Positions 50,987-64,000 of a DNA stretch of 64,000 nt are shown one piece after another (position 1 is the first letter of the stretch; each line of letters opens with the position of its first letter). Position numbers and translations under genes: made by a program. The notes under the pieces are model-generated. The model worked only from the letters and a program-made list of their open reading frames with translations. It searched no databases and was not told the DNA's origin. The stretch is from the NCBI GenBank assembly GCA_038496445.1, contig JALMLS010000391.1:1-64000 (forward strand). Reading direction: 5' to 3'. The DNA is from Trichosphaerium sp. ATCC 40318. Its lineage: Eukaryota; Protista; Tubulinea.

Positions 50987-51419
50987 TGATAACTGACGTA
51001 ATACGTAGTATATTATCTGGTATGGAATGTGGTATTTGGATACTACTAGGTGCAAGACAACTTATGCTTGCATTCTTTATGATATTATACTCATTGCCAG
51101 CGCCTACCGTACGAGTTTTTTTTGTTTTTGTATCATCTCTTTCAACCATCTCGACACTGTCTTATTGACTTTTTAGGCTCCTTGGTATATCGTTCAACAG
51201 AGAAGAGAAAGTAGAGAGTATATATTGGAGTCTAGTATCAATCTTGCTACTATTATGTGTGTTTATTATGCATATTTCTTAGCAACAAATGTTTACTTGC
51301 AGTATTGTAAATGTTTATCAATCAAGCGTATTCTACAAGATGGACAAAATGCACTGAGAGCTTTCTTACCTTCAAAAAAAGTAAAGATGATGGTAATACC
51401 TTTATCGAGACGTTCCTAG
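50987..51419 (+). CDS. Possible small membrane protein
   Basis: Two hydrophobic frames joined by a GTACGA..TAG intron. No homology recognised. Confidence 0.3.
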
Positions 51420-51642
51420 GGATGTAGGCCTGTCTTTACATGTAATTACAATATCAATCAACACTATTAATAAAAAGTGAAATTGTCACATTCTCTTGTC
51501 TGTGTAATCACATGGCACTTTCTTCCGAGTGCTCACCATGGGGGTGAAGAACTAATACATCACAACTTTCAATTTCGACATTATCAATCAACAGTTTTGT
51601 TATAACTTGACTGCCGTAGACAATTACAAGTTTTTTATGTTT

Positions 51643-52362
51643 CTACAAGAGTCTACATATTTGTTTTGGTTTTTGTGTTATCTTGTTGTTTGTAGGTGTA
51701 ACAGCACTTATGGTTTCGTCAAAAACTGTTTTAAGCCCGACCTGTGTGAAAGACGAACATTCAAGGTATTTCACTGCTCCAATACTTTGTGCCATTGTAG
51801 TTCCTTGTTCAAATGATATTGGTGCTTGTTTCTTTTCAGCAAGCTTATTTATAGTTGTTTCTTTGTCTCTGAGATCTATCTTAGTGCCAACTAATATGAT
51901 TGGGATATCGGGACAATGATGAGCCACCTCTGGAAGCCACTAGATGAGGACGTAAGTAACAAACATAGAAAAAAAAAGCTGTTTCATGAAAACTAAAGTT
52001 TCACGTGCCTTTTCTCGTACGTTTTCAAAAGATGACGGAGCAACAACTGAGAAACATATTAAGAACACTTCCGTATCAGGGTACGATAAAGGTCTTAATT
52101 TGTCATAGTCTGCTTGACCAGCAGTATCCCATATTCCGAGATTGACTGGATGACCGTTAACCATAACTTTGGCAGAGTAACTATTAAACACCTGAAGCCA
52201 CGTAAGGAACAATTTATACATCAAGATTGGTGAGCGCTGTTATGCTGACGTACGTACTGTCGGTATATTGTCAACAGGCATCGTGTTGGTGGTAAAGGCT
52301 ATGAGCATACAAGTTTTTCCAACAGCGTTATCTCCAACGATTACAGATTTTATCGCTCTCAT
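51643..52362 (-). CDS. Rac-family small GTPase, atypical (G12N, F28M, Y32N, D38N by Rac1 numbering)
   Basis: [31 protein letters not shown], Rho insert present, CaaX CRLL; three exons. Confidence 0.93.
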
Positions 52363-52762
52363 TGTTTTATATTCTTAGGTGTATTGTTGCTTTGATAATA
52401 AAATAACAAATGTTTGTACTTGACATATTTTTAGGCTAAAAACGTGCTTTAGCCTAAGTCAAACTACAGTTCAGCTTCACTGAAGCATAACTACGTTCAT
52501 CCACAGGTAATGTTATGCTGAAGATTAGAATTACTGTGTTAGTGAAAATTACTATAGTTACACTCAAAGAATCGCTTATTGAAGGATACTGTATTCATTT
52601 TTTTAGTGGATAAACAAGGCAAAAAAAATTAGCAGCAGATGCATCACACGTCATTGATATTTTGTGAAGTATTTTCTAATTTACAAGTTGTGTTTGGTGG
52701 GAGGTGTTGTTGACAAAGAAAAATGAAAAAAATCGTGTCCGTCATAGCTATGGATATGTGAT

Positions 52763-55555
52763 TCATTTTGACGCCATTTTCTTTCGTATCCACTCTGGCC
52801 ACAGCCTAATGGTTTCTGTAACATTACCCTAAAGAAGTTACAACCCGTTAATAATCAACAATAAATGGATTTTTCAAAAAAAACACGTGATAGAACCGTA
52901 GGTGGAGGCGAGATACGCGAAAAATTGGTTTTCATTCAAAAACAGAGTAGGGTGGTAATCGCATAAAATAAAATGTTTTTCTCAAACACAGAGTACAAAC
53001 ACTTGTTTTTCCACGTGAGTTTTGTGTTCTTAACAAAAATATATCACGTACTTTTGGTTTAGGTGCTTGATCATATAATTCATGAAGGTTGATATTAGAG
53101 AATTTGCCGGCTTCTGCTTCGCTCATTTTAATGTTTAGAGCGACACTGAAGAAGTACCTAAAACAACATGAGAATATATAACTTTATCAAAAATAAAGTG
53201 AGAGCATACTCTTTAAGTAAAAACTCGAGTTGACTTTGAATATCTTCATTGCCTAGATTATAGTTTCTACCACTTCCTTCAAGCTCAGATTGTAGACGCT
53301 TTATAGTGTTTTCCTTTATCTCAAGCTCCATGCGTTTCTCATCTTCAACACGTCCAAGCTAATCAAGATTAAAAAGTCGAAGAAACAATAAGACAAGGCA
53401 AACCAAGAAAAAAAAACCAAAAAAAAATCACTTACTTCAGTTGTCAAAAAGACGTTATGAGATTGATGAGCATTACTCGCTTCCTTATACATTTCAACAT
53501 TCCTCTCAAGATCCTGAATCCTTTCTAGTGTAGCCACATTATCTTCACCATCATTAAGTTTCTTAGAAGAAGACTTCTTCGTTTTCTTTCCTTTTGGTTT
53601 TTTCTCGCTATCCAATCTCTTAATATGCTCCTCAAGCTTCTTTGCTATTCCCTCATGCCTTTCACGTGCTTGACGAAGCTTCATATTAAGATCTTGTAAT
53701 TGCTGTGTCTTATTCTCAGACTCCTTACGTAGTCTTGCAAAGTCTCTACTAACAATCTTATTATGACCTTCAAGAATCTCATTATTTGAAATAAGTTCTT
53801 TCATCTTCTTATCAAAAGCTTGTTGTGTTGTATTTATATGTTCTTGCTTTATACGAAGCTCACCAGTAAGATTTTTAACACGCTCAATAAGTATTTTCCT
53901 CTCAGAGTCATTGTTTGCGTTCGTTTTTAATAAAGCAGTACGCTCTCCAATTGCTGCATCAGCTTCACATCTTACGTTTTCGTATGCTGTTTTAAGAGAC
54001 TTTACAGCTTGTATTAACTGCTCGTTCTTTCCTTCCTACAGCAAAGAATAAGTTACATCATATTCGCACTTATAAATACTAGTAGAAAAGTGAAGCACAA
54101 CGTACTTTGATAGTTATAACTGTATCAACTTGTTTCACTTTTTCAGTCATTTCTTTGATTTGCTCAACTAAGTTCTATATAATTTTCAGCTTATAAGCAC
54201 AACGAGAGGTATATAGATAGTCTCTTCAAGGTTTTGGCAACAGAAGAGGTTCAACTACAAAAAAGAAAAAAACAAAATTTCGAAGGAAATAAGCCTTGGT
54301 GCTTGAAGAACTTACTGCTCTTGTCATTTCATGTCCTTCAATGACTTCCTTAAGTGTCCCAAGCTCTAAATCTTTCGCTATAAGTTCCATAGCTAGCGCT
54401 TCTAACTTTTCACGATGCTCTCGCTCACGCTCACTGCTACGACTGGACCTTGTCTTTTTTCCAGCTAACAACCTTTGAAGTCGAAGAAGTTCCTGCTGTT
54501 GGTTCTCAACTTGTCCTTCGAACATATCACTCTTTGTAGTAGCAGTACGTAATAGCTCTCTGTTCTTTTGAACGAATTAAACCAAAAAACTTAAAAGTGT
54601 CGTAGACGGAAAAAAGGAAATGACTTTTTTGACAACCTTCAAATATTACAATCTTGGACGTACTCTTTTTAATTCAGCATTATTTGCTTTGGCCTGAGAT
54701 GATACCTTATCAGCAATAGCTTGCGCTGTTCTATATTTTTCCATCGTCTCGTGTAGTCGTCTAAGTCATAGGAACTGAGAAACAAGCCATGACTTTTGTT
54801 GTACAAAAAAAAAAAGAAACATACTCTTTACTCAGTTGAAGCTCCTCTTGTTGAGTTTCAATCTGACGTTTCAGATTCTTTATTTCCTCCTAAAAACCCA
54901 TATAAATGAATAAACAAAAAAAACACGTGATAAAACCGAGAAAAATGGAAAAAAAAAGATACCTTCTTCTCATTGCTATTTTTCATCATTTGAAACATTT
55001 CATCATTTCTTTTAGCTACTTCACCATTGGCAAGCTCAAGATTCTTGTTCAATAATACAATGCGTGTTGATTTAGTATCTAATAGATTTGATGCATATTT
55101 AAGCTTCTCCATAGCTCTGTAGGGTTAAATTAGAGCCAACTTGTGCTAGTTTTTCCAAAAAGATGAAGTGTCAACGGCAAAAGTTATAGTGTCGCACGTT
55201 AAATACTTCTCACGTAGTTCTGCTTGTTCTGTAGGTTGTAATTCTGCCTTTTCAGTCAGAACCTATGAATTCTGAGCGAAATAAAAACAGAAGTAGAATT
55301 TATGGCGCACGCGTTCGAATTGAAGTAGCTCTTTAATACTCCCTTGAAGTTCTGACACTTCTGGGTCCTTTTTAGCTTGTGGTGCAGTCTCGTCGCTACA
55401 AAAGGTTAAATTACCAACCCTTGATACGTGTCAGCGTACCCGCTTTCCGCTGTAGACAATTTAGCCTCCAAAGCCGCCAACTCTTGTTGTTTTAACAGCA
55501 GGCGATTTTGTAGGCGCTCTTGCTCCATTAGAGCTACGTTTACGGTGTATGCCAT
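52763..55555 (-). CDS. Long coiled-coil protein with a C-terminal KYFFS...LY...WPEWI globular motif
   Basis: Multi-exon E/K/L/Q-rich heptad frames with consistent splice sites. Confidence 0.65.
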
Positions 55556-55697
55556 CGCAACAACCACTCAAATTTACAGGCAAGCGTTCAGTACAAATAC
55601 GTTTACAAAAAGCACAAAAGTTTTTTTTTACACAAAGTCAAAACGCTAGTCAATTAACAGTACGTAAAAAACAAACATCGCCCCACTAGTGCAAAAA

Positions 55698-55771
55698 AGG
55701 CTCAACTGGGAGTCGAACCCAGGACCTCCCGCTTACTAGGCGGGCGCAATAACCAACTATGCTATTGAGCC
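55698..55771 (-). tRNA. tRNA-Thr(AGU)
   Basis: Cloverleaf: GGCTCAA/TTGAGCC acceptor stem, CCCGC-CTAGTAA-GCGGG anticodon arm, GGTTCGACTCC T-arm, followed by an oligo-T Pol III terminator. Confidence 0.95.
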
Positions 55772-55993
55772 GTGACTTGTTTGCTTCAAATAGTGCAAGC
55801 CGCGGCCCTAATCGACTCAGTCTGTCTTGCATACAAGCCATTTTTAGTTTTTTCAATAATGCACGCTTTAAACAACACGTGTAGTTCGTTTTCTCACCAG
55901 TGTTTGCAAACAAAGCAAAACAATTGACAAATTAAATTAAAAATTTATTTTTGAGTTGCTAGGGCAACTTTGCATTTATGCGTTTAGTCCAAT

Positions 55994-57182
55994 TTAAAAG
56001 TTAATTGGAACACCGAAACCACATTCAGTCTCAATGGCAAGGTTGTTAGCATTAGGTCCACGGACAATTCTGAAGAAACCATCTTCACCCCAAGGAGATC
56101 CCCAGCTGTTACGAACTAAATAAAACCGTCAGTACAATTCCTCTCAAAACATTGCAAAAAAACAAGCCCAAAAAAAGCAAGCAGTGGCTGTCATCAAAGC
56201 CCATGAGTTGCACTTGGCTACTGCCACTTGTTTGAGGGTTTTTTGGTTCAAAATAAAAACGTACCAATCCAGAAGTTGGTTCCCTTTTCTACACCCCATC
56301 CAATAACACTTACGATATGGTTTATTTGTGGGAACAATTCGTATTCCTCAAAGATACCACCTGTGTATTTCTCTAGTTCGTCAGTGGCCATAATACCGCA
56401 TGAGATTGGTCCACGAGCAGCAATTTCTGCCATCATGTTGTGTTCACCAACAACCCTTCCGTAATCGCCGACTTTGTAAAGAGTGTAGTTTCTGAGTTGA
56501 TAACATGTACCGTCGTGGCCGCAAGTACCGCATTGGTTGAATTTATCGCATTGTTGATTTTTGGCTTGGTAGTTGTTACAAGTCTCATCTGGGATACCGT
56601 GCTCGTGGGCGTAGTGGTATCTACAACGTTTATAAGCGATTTTGAGCATAGTAAAGATAGAAAAGCGTAATTTCTGTTTAAAACGCGTACACAGGGATGT
56701 CGTCACCTCCTTGGCAACTTCCAGCATCAGCACAGTCAAGAACGTGTTGTACGCTCAAGTAAGCGCTTGGCCAAGCACCACCACGTTTGATATTGATTCT
56801 GTCAGCTAGAGCAGATGTGGAGCCCATAGCCCAGCATGAACCGCAGTATTGTGGGATGTGTTGATTACGTGTGGTTGATAAAAAGTTCTTTCCTTTGACG
56901 TTTCTCCAGTCCAACTCTGTTGGCAAATCCTCAGGCTAAATTACGCGTAAGTTGTATTTCCGAAAACGAGTAAAATCGTTATCGTGTACCTTGAGGTATG
57001 TATGAGGAAGAGGCTCAGTGATGTGTTCAACTAATACAAAAGTAGGTAAGAAAAGTGCACATAGTTTTCAAGTTTGTCGTACATTTAGTGCTAGCTCTGA
57101 AAGCAGTGTCACGAATGACCTCGTTTTTGCGTGCAGCAGCAGTAATAGCTACGAGAGCAATAAAAAGAAGGATGAGCTTCAT
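55994..57182 (-). CDS. CTSZ: Cathepsin Z/X (papain family C1A)
   Basis: Signal peptide, [19 protein letters not shown] (HIP mini-loop), [10 protein letters not shown] and RNSWG. Confidence 0.93.
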
Positions 57183-57472
57183 TGTTGTTTATGTTTTGAA
57201 AATATGACTGATAAATCTCCGGGAAAGTCCTTGTTAGTCAAGAATTCTTGTAGTTGAAGCGTAACTCCTATTCTGTGTAAGACAGTTCTACGGACTTATG
57301 TGCAATGAACAAACCTTAAAATTGATAGTATTTATGTACAATTATTGATTTTACAACCAAATAAGTTTCCCACCAAAAAAGTGCTTGCTAATAACGTCTA
57401 CGCGATAAAAAGGGGTACGAGTGTTTTTTTCTCAGTTCTTCTGTCACAAAAACATACAAACCGAAATGTTGG

Positions 57473-58240
57473 TTACATGTGTTTAACAACGCCTAAATTA
57501 GCGTGGCAGTTTGGACAGGTATGTATAGTATCTTTGCAACCATCTACACAGAAAGGAATCAAGCAGCAAGGCCATAAACCAACCTACAAACATAAGCAAA
57601 AAAAAAACAATAAAAGGCAATTAATTCAAACGCGTACAAAGAACATAACGGCAACAAGTATCCACATGAAAATACCTCCTTCTTTTCGTGTGGATGTAAT
57701 GATAGAAGCTTGACACTTTGGACAAGTCATACCACAAGGGCTAAAAAGAGGTTTGTTAATCTTTCGCAAAAAAGGGTAAAAGGGCAGGCTAAAAACCCTT
57801 ATTTAGTTCGTTACGTACGAATGTCCCAAGTTTGTGCTCATTACGACAGTATGTTGTACTGGTTGGACAACTGCGGGTTGAACTGGTTGTGCTTGGTACG
57901 GTTGCGGTTGGTACGGTTGTGATGAGCCCATACCTGGCTGCGGTTGCGGTGGTGCATACCCATCTAGGAAAAAAAATTACGCGCTTTCCTCCTTTTTAAC
58001 TACGCACCTTGTTGATATGGGGTTTGGTACCCTGGCTGTTGTGGATTATAACTTTGTTGATCATAACCTGGTTGTGGATTGTAACCTGGTTGAGAGTATG
58101 GTTGTGGCTGTTGTTGGTTACTGTACCAACGTTAATAGGGGTTTTGATACGTTTAAACGATGTGGAAATAAACAACAAACTAGAATCCGTTGTACAACTA
58201 TCACGTACTTAATAAGTGGTTGTTCTGGGTTTTGATTCAT
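57473..58240 (-). CDS. LITAF-domain protein with a Pro/Gln/Tyr-rich N-terminus
   Basis: TCPKCQ, a hydrophobic segment, PCCLIPFC and HTCPNC. Confidence 0.9.
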
Positions 58241-58642
58241 GGTGGATGTGTTGTAATGTATTAGAAACAATAAAAAGTGGCACTACATTCTCTTAACACC
58301 TAAAAAAGTAGGAAGAACGCATTCTCTCAGAACAGCAACACAAAGAATACAAGACGTTAGCAAAGGAATGGCGACTGTGTCGCACAATGTTGTGTTCTAG
58401 AACGTGACTAATAAATTGCGCTAGTCTTTCGGGTACACTTGTAAACTGCCAACAAAGTGACCGCCATATTTTTTTTTTTTTGATTGTTTTATTACTTCGT
58501 TATACGATTAATATTCGCAATACAAAGTATGTATGTATACAGAGCACATATCGTAGAAACACCTCTTTAGGTATTTTCTTTTGTACGTTCAGGTTGTGTT
58601 TTGGAATTCTTACAAAGAACAGTTTTGTCGCACTGTTTGTTT

Positions 58643-60683
58643 TTAAACGACTACAGACCAGTCCTCGTGTTCTTGTTCTCCGTATTGAATATCCATTAGA
58701 GTATTCAAGCACCTTGTGGTTAATTCACCAGCACCCTTTTCAGCATTGATAGGGATCTCATAGTCCTAAGAGAGATTTAATTTAAGAAAACAATCAACTT
58801 GAAAGAAAAGACAAGTTTGTGACTTTTGTGGTGTGCTTGTAAAAATGACGTACAGTGCCTTTGTAGAATATTTTGTTTACAGGAGTTACAATAGCTGCAG
58901 TACCAGCTCCAAATATTTCATTGACCTTTTGATAATTGTAAGAGAAAAGTAGGAAAATTCGTTAAAAAAAAACCAAAGAATAACAACTACATACTCTGTT
59001 TTCCTTTAGAGCTTCCACTACTTGGGTCATTGTAAATGTTTTTTCGGATACTTTAAATTCTCCCCAACTCTTTGCCAACTCAATAATGGATTTTCTGGTA
59101 ACACCTAGAATCAAATAAGTCAAACAACCAAAATCGTGGAAAAAAAAAGATTGAATCGAATTCCATGATTTGAAAACAATGCCCGGTATCCACATACCAG
59201 GAAGGATAGTGCCATCCAAAGGTGCTGTGATAAGTTCTTTCTCTCCTGCGGGTATATTAGATTTTAAACCTTCACTAGTCATTCTACACTCACCTTCTGG
59301 GTTTGTCCAAAGCATAAATAAGTTCATTGTACCAACCTCTGTTACTTCATCATTGAGCAACCACAAGATTTGTCCGTAACCCTTTGCAATTGCATTCTCA
59401 GCAGGAAGGATTCCAGGGCCGTAGTTACTAAATACAAACATAAACAAGACATTGTATGAAATGTAAAAAAAAATACAAAAAAGATCAGGACTTGTTTACA
59501 CTCACCCGCCGATTTTGTAGTTTCCAGTACCACCTGGGAAAGCTCTGACATTGACCTAAAGTATCACATAAGCTAACGGCCTGTTAAAGTATTGACTTAC
59601 TGGATCAGCATATAAAGCGACTGGCTTGAAGCCTGTGGCGTAGTATGGTCCTTATCAACAATGAATACTAGCGTAAATGAATAATAGAACGTACCAACAG
59701 GGGATAGAAGACACATAAGACGTGTATCATCAGCACGCTTAACCATAACACTAGGCTAAGGAAACAGTCAAAAAAAGCGTTGTACAGTGAAATATGAGTT
59801 TCACAAATGCGTACTGTTGTTGCCAAGGCCATAGGTCTTATGTAGAGGGAGTAACCACGCTCTGTAGGAATGAATGACTCATCCAAACGAATCAAAGTTT
59901 TGATACACTCCAAAAACTCTGTAGGTGGGAGTGCCTAAGGAGTGGATGCGTCAGAATATCAAAGAAATTGCGTGAGTCCAAAAAACAGAGAAAAACAAAA
60001 GCGAAAAGTTTTTGGAGTAATTTCTTGGCCTTTTTAACGTACAGGCATAGCTAGTCTCTCCATGGAAGTAGACATACGAATCATGTTTTCTAGAGGGCTG
60101 TAGAGGTTTATTAGACGTTATTTTGTCGTTTTTTGTAGTTTATCGTACCGAAACATTCTAACGTTTCCTTTTGAGTCCTTGTATGCTTTCATTCCTTCGA
60201 AACACTGCGAATTCGTCAGTACAAAATCGATTAAAGAGTAAAACGCACTTGGAGGGCGTAGTGAAGTCCAACAGCTGCTGGGGAGATTGAAATATTGCCA
60301 TAAGGTTCTATAGCGCGTTAAAACGTTAAATGCTTGTTCCCTCCGTACCAATTACAGGCTTCGCCCAACCTGAGTTAGTGTTCCAATCAACCTGAGGGGA
60401 GCATAATTAGTTGGATTGTTGGGTTGTTTCAGACAATGTTTGCCGTACGGAGAGCATATGGTCAGTAAAGGTTTTACCGAACACTAGGTCTTTGTTTGCT
60501 AGCTTTGGTTTTGGAGTTTGCGTTTTGTTGATAATAATATCTGATGCCTAGCGGTACGTGTAAGCGGGCGTATTTTTCGCGTATACGCGCCTTGAAACCC
60601 TCAGTAGCGACTGAACGTTTTTGAGTCGTAGCAGTTGATCTGTAAGTAAGGCGAGTACCTTGCCGTGTAATTGTGCGGAGCAT
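58643..60683 (-). CDS. BCAT: Branched-chain amino acid aminotransferase (mitochondrial presequence-like N-terminus)
   Basis: FTDHML, CFEGMKAY, LYIRP, YKIGGNYGP, TEVGTMN, ILPGVTRKS and EIFGAGTAA. Confidence 0.93.
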
Positions 60684-60885
60684 GTTTGTCACTTGAACTC
60701 TGAATGTTTTCGTTTAACGCAAAAAACAGCAAAAACGAAACTTCGCGACTTTGTGTCAAACAACACGCGAGAATTCTCCTCAAAATAATCAAATTGCGAT
60801 AATAACAACGGTAAACGCTTATGGAGATCACTGTTTATTCATATGCTAGTCGATTCATTGCCAACAAAAAAATAAGTCATTGAAA

Positions 60886-63838
60886 TTACTCACGTGCATT
60901 CTTATTGACTTTGGTATACACGTCAGGGAATGCTCTTTCGTTGTTATTTTGCTTACGCAACTTTTTGTAAAGAGTATGGTCGAACATTTCTTGAAATTCT
61001 TCCAAACTCATGTATGTATCTGCATACAATGCCTGGAAACCTTCTTTATCGCGTACGAACTTTTCAACAATTTTATGAGTGTTCATGGCGTGAAAATTCT
61101 ATTTTTCAGTTAGCTAGCTAGTGAAATAAAATCACTCGAAAGCGTACAGGTGCACTTGGAACACCATAGACACCAACGTCTACAAACATTTCTTCACCAC
61201 TAGAAGCGGGATTTACCTAATTTTATGTTAATGGTGCTTGGTTTAAGTATTGTCAAGCAATCAAAGAAATTGACTAGTTCTTTACTCATACGAAAAAAAA
61301 GAATGTGTTGCGTACAAAACCGCGAAGTTCTGATTTAAAAACTCTACATGGGCAAAGCCATAAAGGATAAACACGCCAAACATCATCCATGAGTTCGAGT
61401 CCTTGATCAAGTGTCGAGATCGGAATGATCATATCCTTTTTTATCATCAACAACTCACTTTTCAAACTGCAATTTGTTTTTTCTTAATTTCTTACCTGTA
61501 TCACGTGGTTATCTTCATAAAGTTTTGTAAGGGCCTTAGTTCTTGTCATCTTGAGCAAGTTGATTTTTGGAGGGACCATCCAACCAAAGAATAAACGGAA
61601 TAAAATATGATTACCAAATGGAATAATATCCTAGTTTTTTCTCATTGTCAGATTTTTAACAAAGTGTCAAAAAAACCTTCGAACCTCTAATTCCCAAAAT
61701 AGACTTCTGGTATGTCGGTGGTAATAATCACGAAGTGGTAGGTATTCTTCGTATTGTCCTGTTTTCAAAAACTCTAAAAAATCAAATGAGATTACCGCTA
61801 CTCTAATGCGTTTCAATTTGAGCGTACCTGCTACGTGAGTGTAAAACCATGGCTTGTACCATAATCCAATACTATTAACGGGACCATTTGGTTCGTCAAC
61901 ATAGTTTGAAATCATCAATACAGCTTCATTTGGTGAGTACGCGAGCATTTCAACAAAGTCATTGTCAGTGTTATTGCTAGCCTGGGAAAATTGTTGTAAG
62001 TTCATTTGGTGACAATGTTAGGGTAAAACGTGATTGTCAATACAAAAATCACGTGCGAAACCCAGAAATACGCGAGTTATTCCGGAATAAATGTCTTTTT
62101 ATTATTTTTATGTTGTACCTTTGCGAATGCGTCAATGTAGGCTTTTTTGTCGTGGAATGGGGTGTATTTAATGTGGACGTATTTTTTACACGGTACAATC
62201 ATAAGCTCTACGCTTGCAATAAAGCCTAGGGCGCATGTAAGATTAAATCGTCTCGTTTTTGATAAAAAAACAGTTTCCAAAAGTTTGAGAAATTTTTTAG
62301 CTGATGTTCATTTTAAAGTGTACCTAAAGTTCCGTGGGACCACGGCAATGCGTAGAATAGCTCAGGGTTCTCTTTTTTGGATGCAAAAACTAAAATCCCG
62401 GATTATAAAGCAAGCCTTCTTTTGTCACATGTTTTTTTTTAAAAGTACCAGTAGAGCCATCTGCTAGGATAACTTCGTATCTGTGGCATATGTGTTGAAA
62501 CAAACCGTATTTATGAGAAGATGTTTCTATACCAAACCCCATCAATAACCCACCAACAGTCAAGTCATCAAGTTCAGGTGTTACAGGAAGCGTCCAACTA
62601 AAGTTAAAGCGGAAAATTAGTTTGGGTTTTTGGGCACGTTAAAAAATCTTGAATGTGATAGTGCACATGTTCCATCGGGAATAAAAATCCCGAGGAAGCT
62701 CAACGTGAGTTTAAAGGTATTGAATTAGCTTCGTCTTTTAAAATTTGTTGTAATAGCATAACGGGATTATAACTCTCCCGAACGACAGCTTGCTTTTCAT
62801 TTTTTTTAAATATCAGTTCAAAATACTTTTTCTAAAACGTACCCACGCGGGATTAGATAAGCGGATATTTGGCCCATGTTAACTAGGATAAATAATCAAT
62901 ATAAAGTAGATGATAATAAGCACTTAGTGTAGTGCACAGCGCCATTGCTTTTGTGAAAAAAACGCTTCAATGACAAACGCACAAAAGGAACCAAAAATGA
63001 AAAAAGACTAAAATGGGTACCTTGTGGCTCAACGCGTACGCGTTGATTTGTCTCATCGAGGTGTACAATTGAATTCAGTGGGATATTAATCTTGTTGAGC
63101 TTCTTTTTATAAACAGCAAACCGTGGGCTCTATAGTTTATTAAAACGTAAAAAGTTAAGATGTTTTTTTGACGTTTTATTTCGAAATGAGGAAGTGCGAA
63201 AAGTTTGTTGAAATGGGATGCTCTAAAACGTACCATTGACTCCCAACCACGGTTGGTACACATCTTCTTGTCTTGTTTTGATTTATTCCATTGCTTCACT
63301 TGATCGCAAACGCCTTGAACTCGCTTACTAAGTACTCTTTTAGTACCAAACATGCTAGAGGTTATTCGTACTAGTGTTCTGCTTCATTACTGATAGCGTA
63401 GCGTCGAAAAGAGTGAGTTAAAAACCACAAACAGTCGAAAAAAGACGATAACGGCAATAGAATAAAACACGTTATTATCCATCTAAAGAGCAATAAGGTG
63501 GTGTAAGTTGCGAGTTGGAAAAGACTTTTCAACAAAAAATCAAAAAAAAGAGACTACCGCAGATTGATGGGCTTTTGAAGGGTCAATCTGAGCAGTTTTA
63601 AACGCCTATGACGAAACAAGATGACGTTTGTTGGAGTTAACAGCGGATGAATCAAACCCAACTGTTTTTTTTTGTACCGAGTTGTTAAACTTCGGTGGTA
63701 GGCGTACCTGTACTTGGTGACCATTATATAAACTAGGAGATCCGTTCTAAAGACTAGATAAAGTACTAAGCCCAGTGCGAGAGTAATCACCCAGAACGGA
63801 TGGTATACGGCTGAAAACGCATCAACGAGTTGTTCCAT
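60886..63838 (-). CDS. DHCR24: Delta(24)-sterol reductase (FAD-binding)
   Basis: [64 protein letters not shown] and GFQALYAD. Confidence 0.93.
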
Positions 63839-64000
63839 GTTGTTCGGATCTTGTTTTGTTTCTAGTACTGCAACGCAAATCCAGAATAAGACTGACTTAT
63901 GGAGATGTTAAGTTAGCTCGTTTTTGACACCCAAACTAGCGTATTTTCTACGGACAATGGCGCGTCGGTGCGACATCGAGTGTGATAGCGCCACAAAACT

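Noticed and set aside
55686-55913. 75-aa ORF
   Set aside because: It is a spurious frame across the tRNA-Thr gene.
1-64000. Possible alternative genetic code explaining the short ORFs
   Set aside because: The fragmentation is explained by GT-AG introns. TGA (MLH1 FERC*), TAA and TAG all terminate conserved proteins, and conserved Trp residues use TGG.

Overview
This is AT-rich (about one-third GC by eye), very intron-dense eukaryotic nuclear DNA in the standard genetic code, with short GT-AG introns and many GTACG donors. It is probably from an amoebozoan protist, since it carries a Dictyostelium Shk-type TKL-SH2 kinase and an animal-type transglutaminase. The window holds about 25 tightly packed genes and one tRNA-Thr(AGU). 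The left 23 kb is rearranged. A ~3.9 kb inverted duplication (1-~3956 vs ~19176-23102) brackets a transglutaminase, a GT17 gene, an MLH1 gene missing its 5' end, and a transposon nest. The nest is a decayed piggyBac split by a 1957-bp TA-flanked element, next to an Ac/hAT-like end. A VWA gene is duplicated in direct orientation 15.5 kb apart. The most notable observations are: (1) a bacterial lamin-tail-like domain fused in frame to a transglutaminase whose catalytic Cys and His lie on symmetric microexons; (2) a lid-less Hsp70 with a membrane anchor at each end; (3) an F-box-Sec7 protein lacking the catalytic Glu; (4) a Rac with G12N/F28M; (5) CpG decay confined to the transposons, while host introns are strongly enriched in CACGTG. 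All gene models were built by eye, and homopolymer indel errors are evident.
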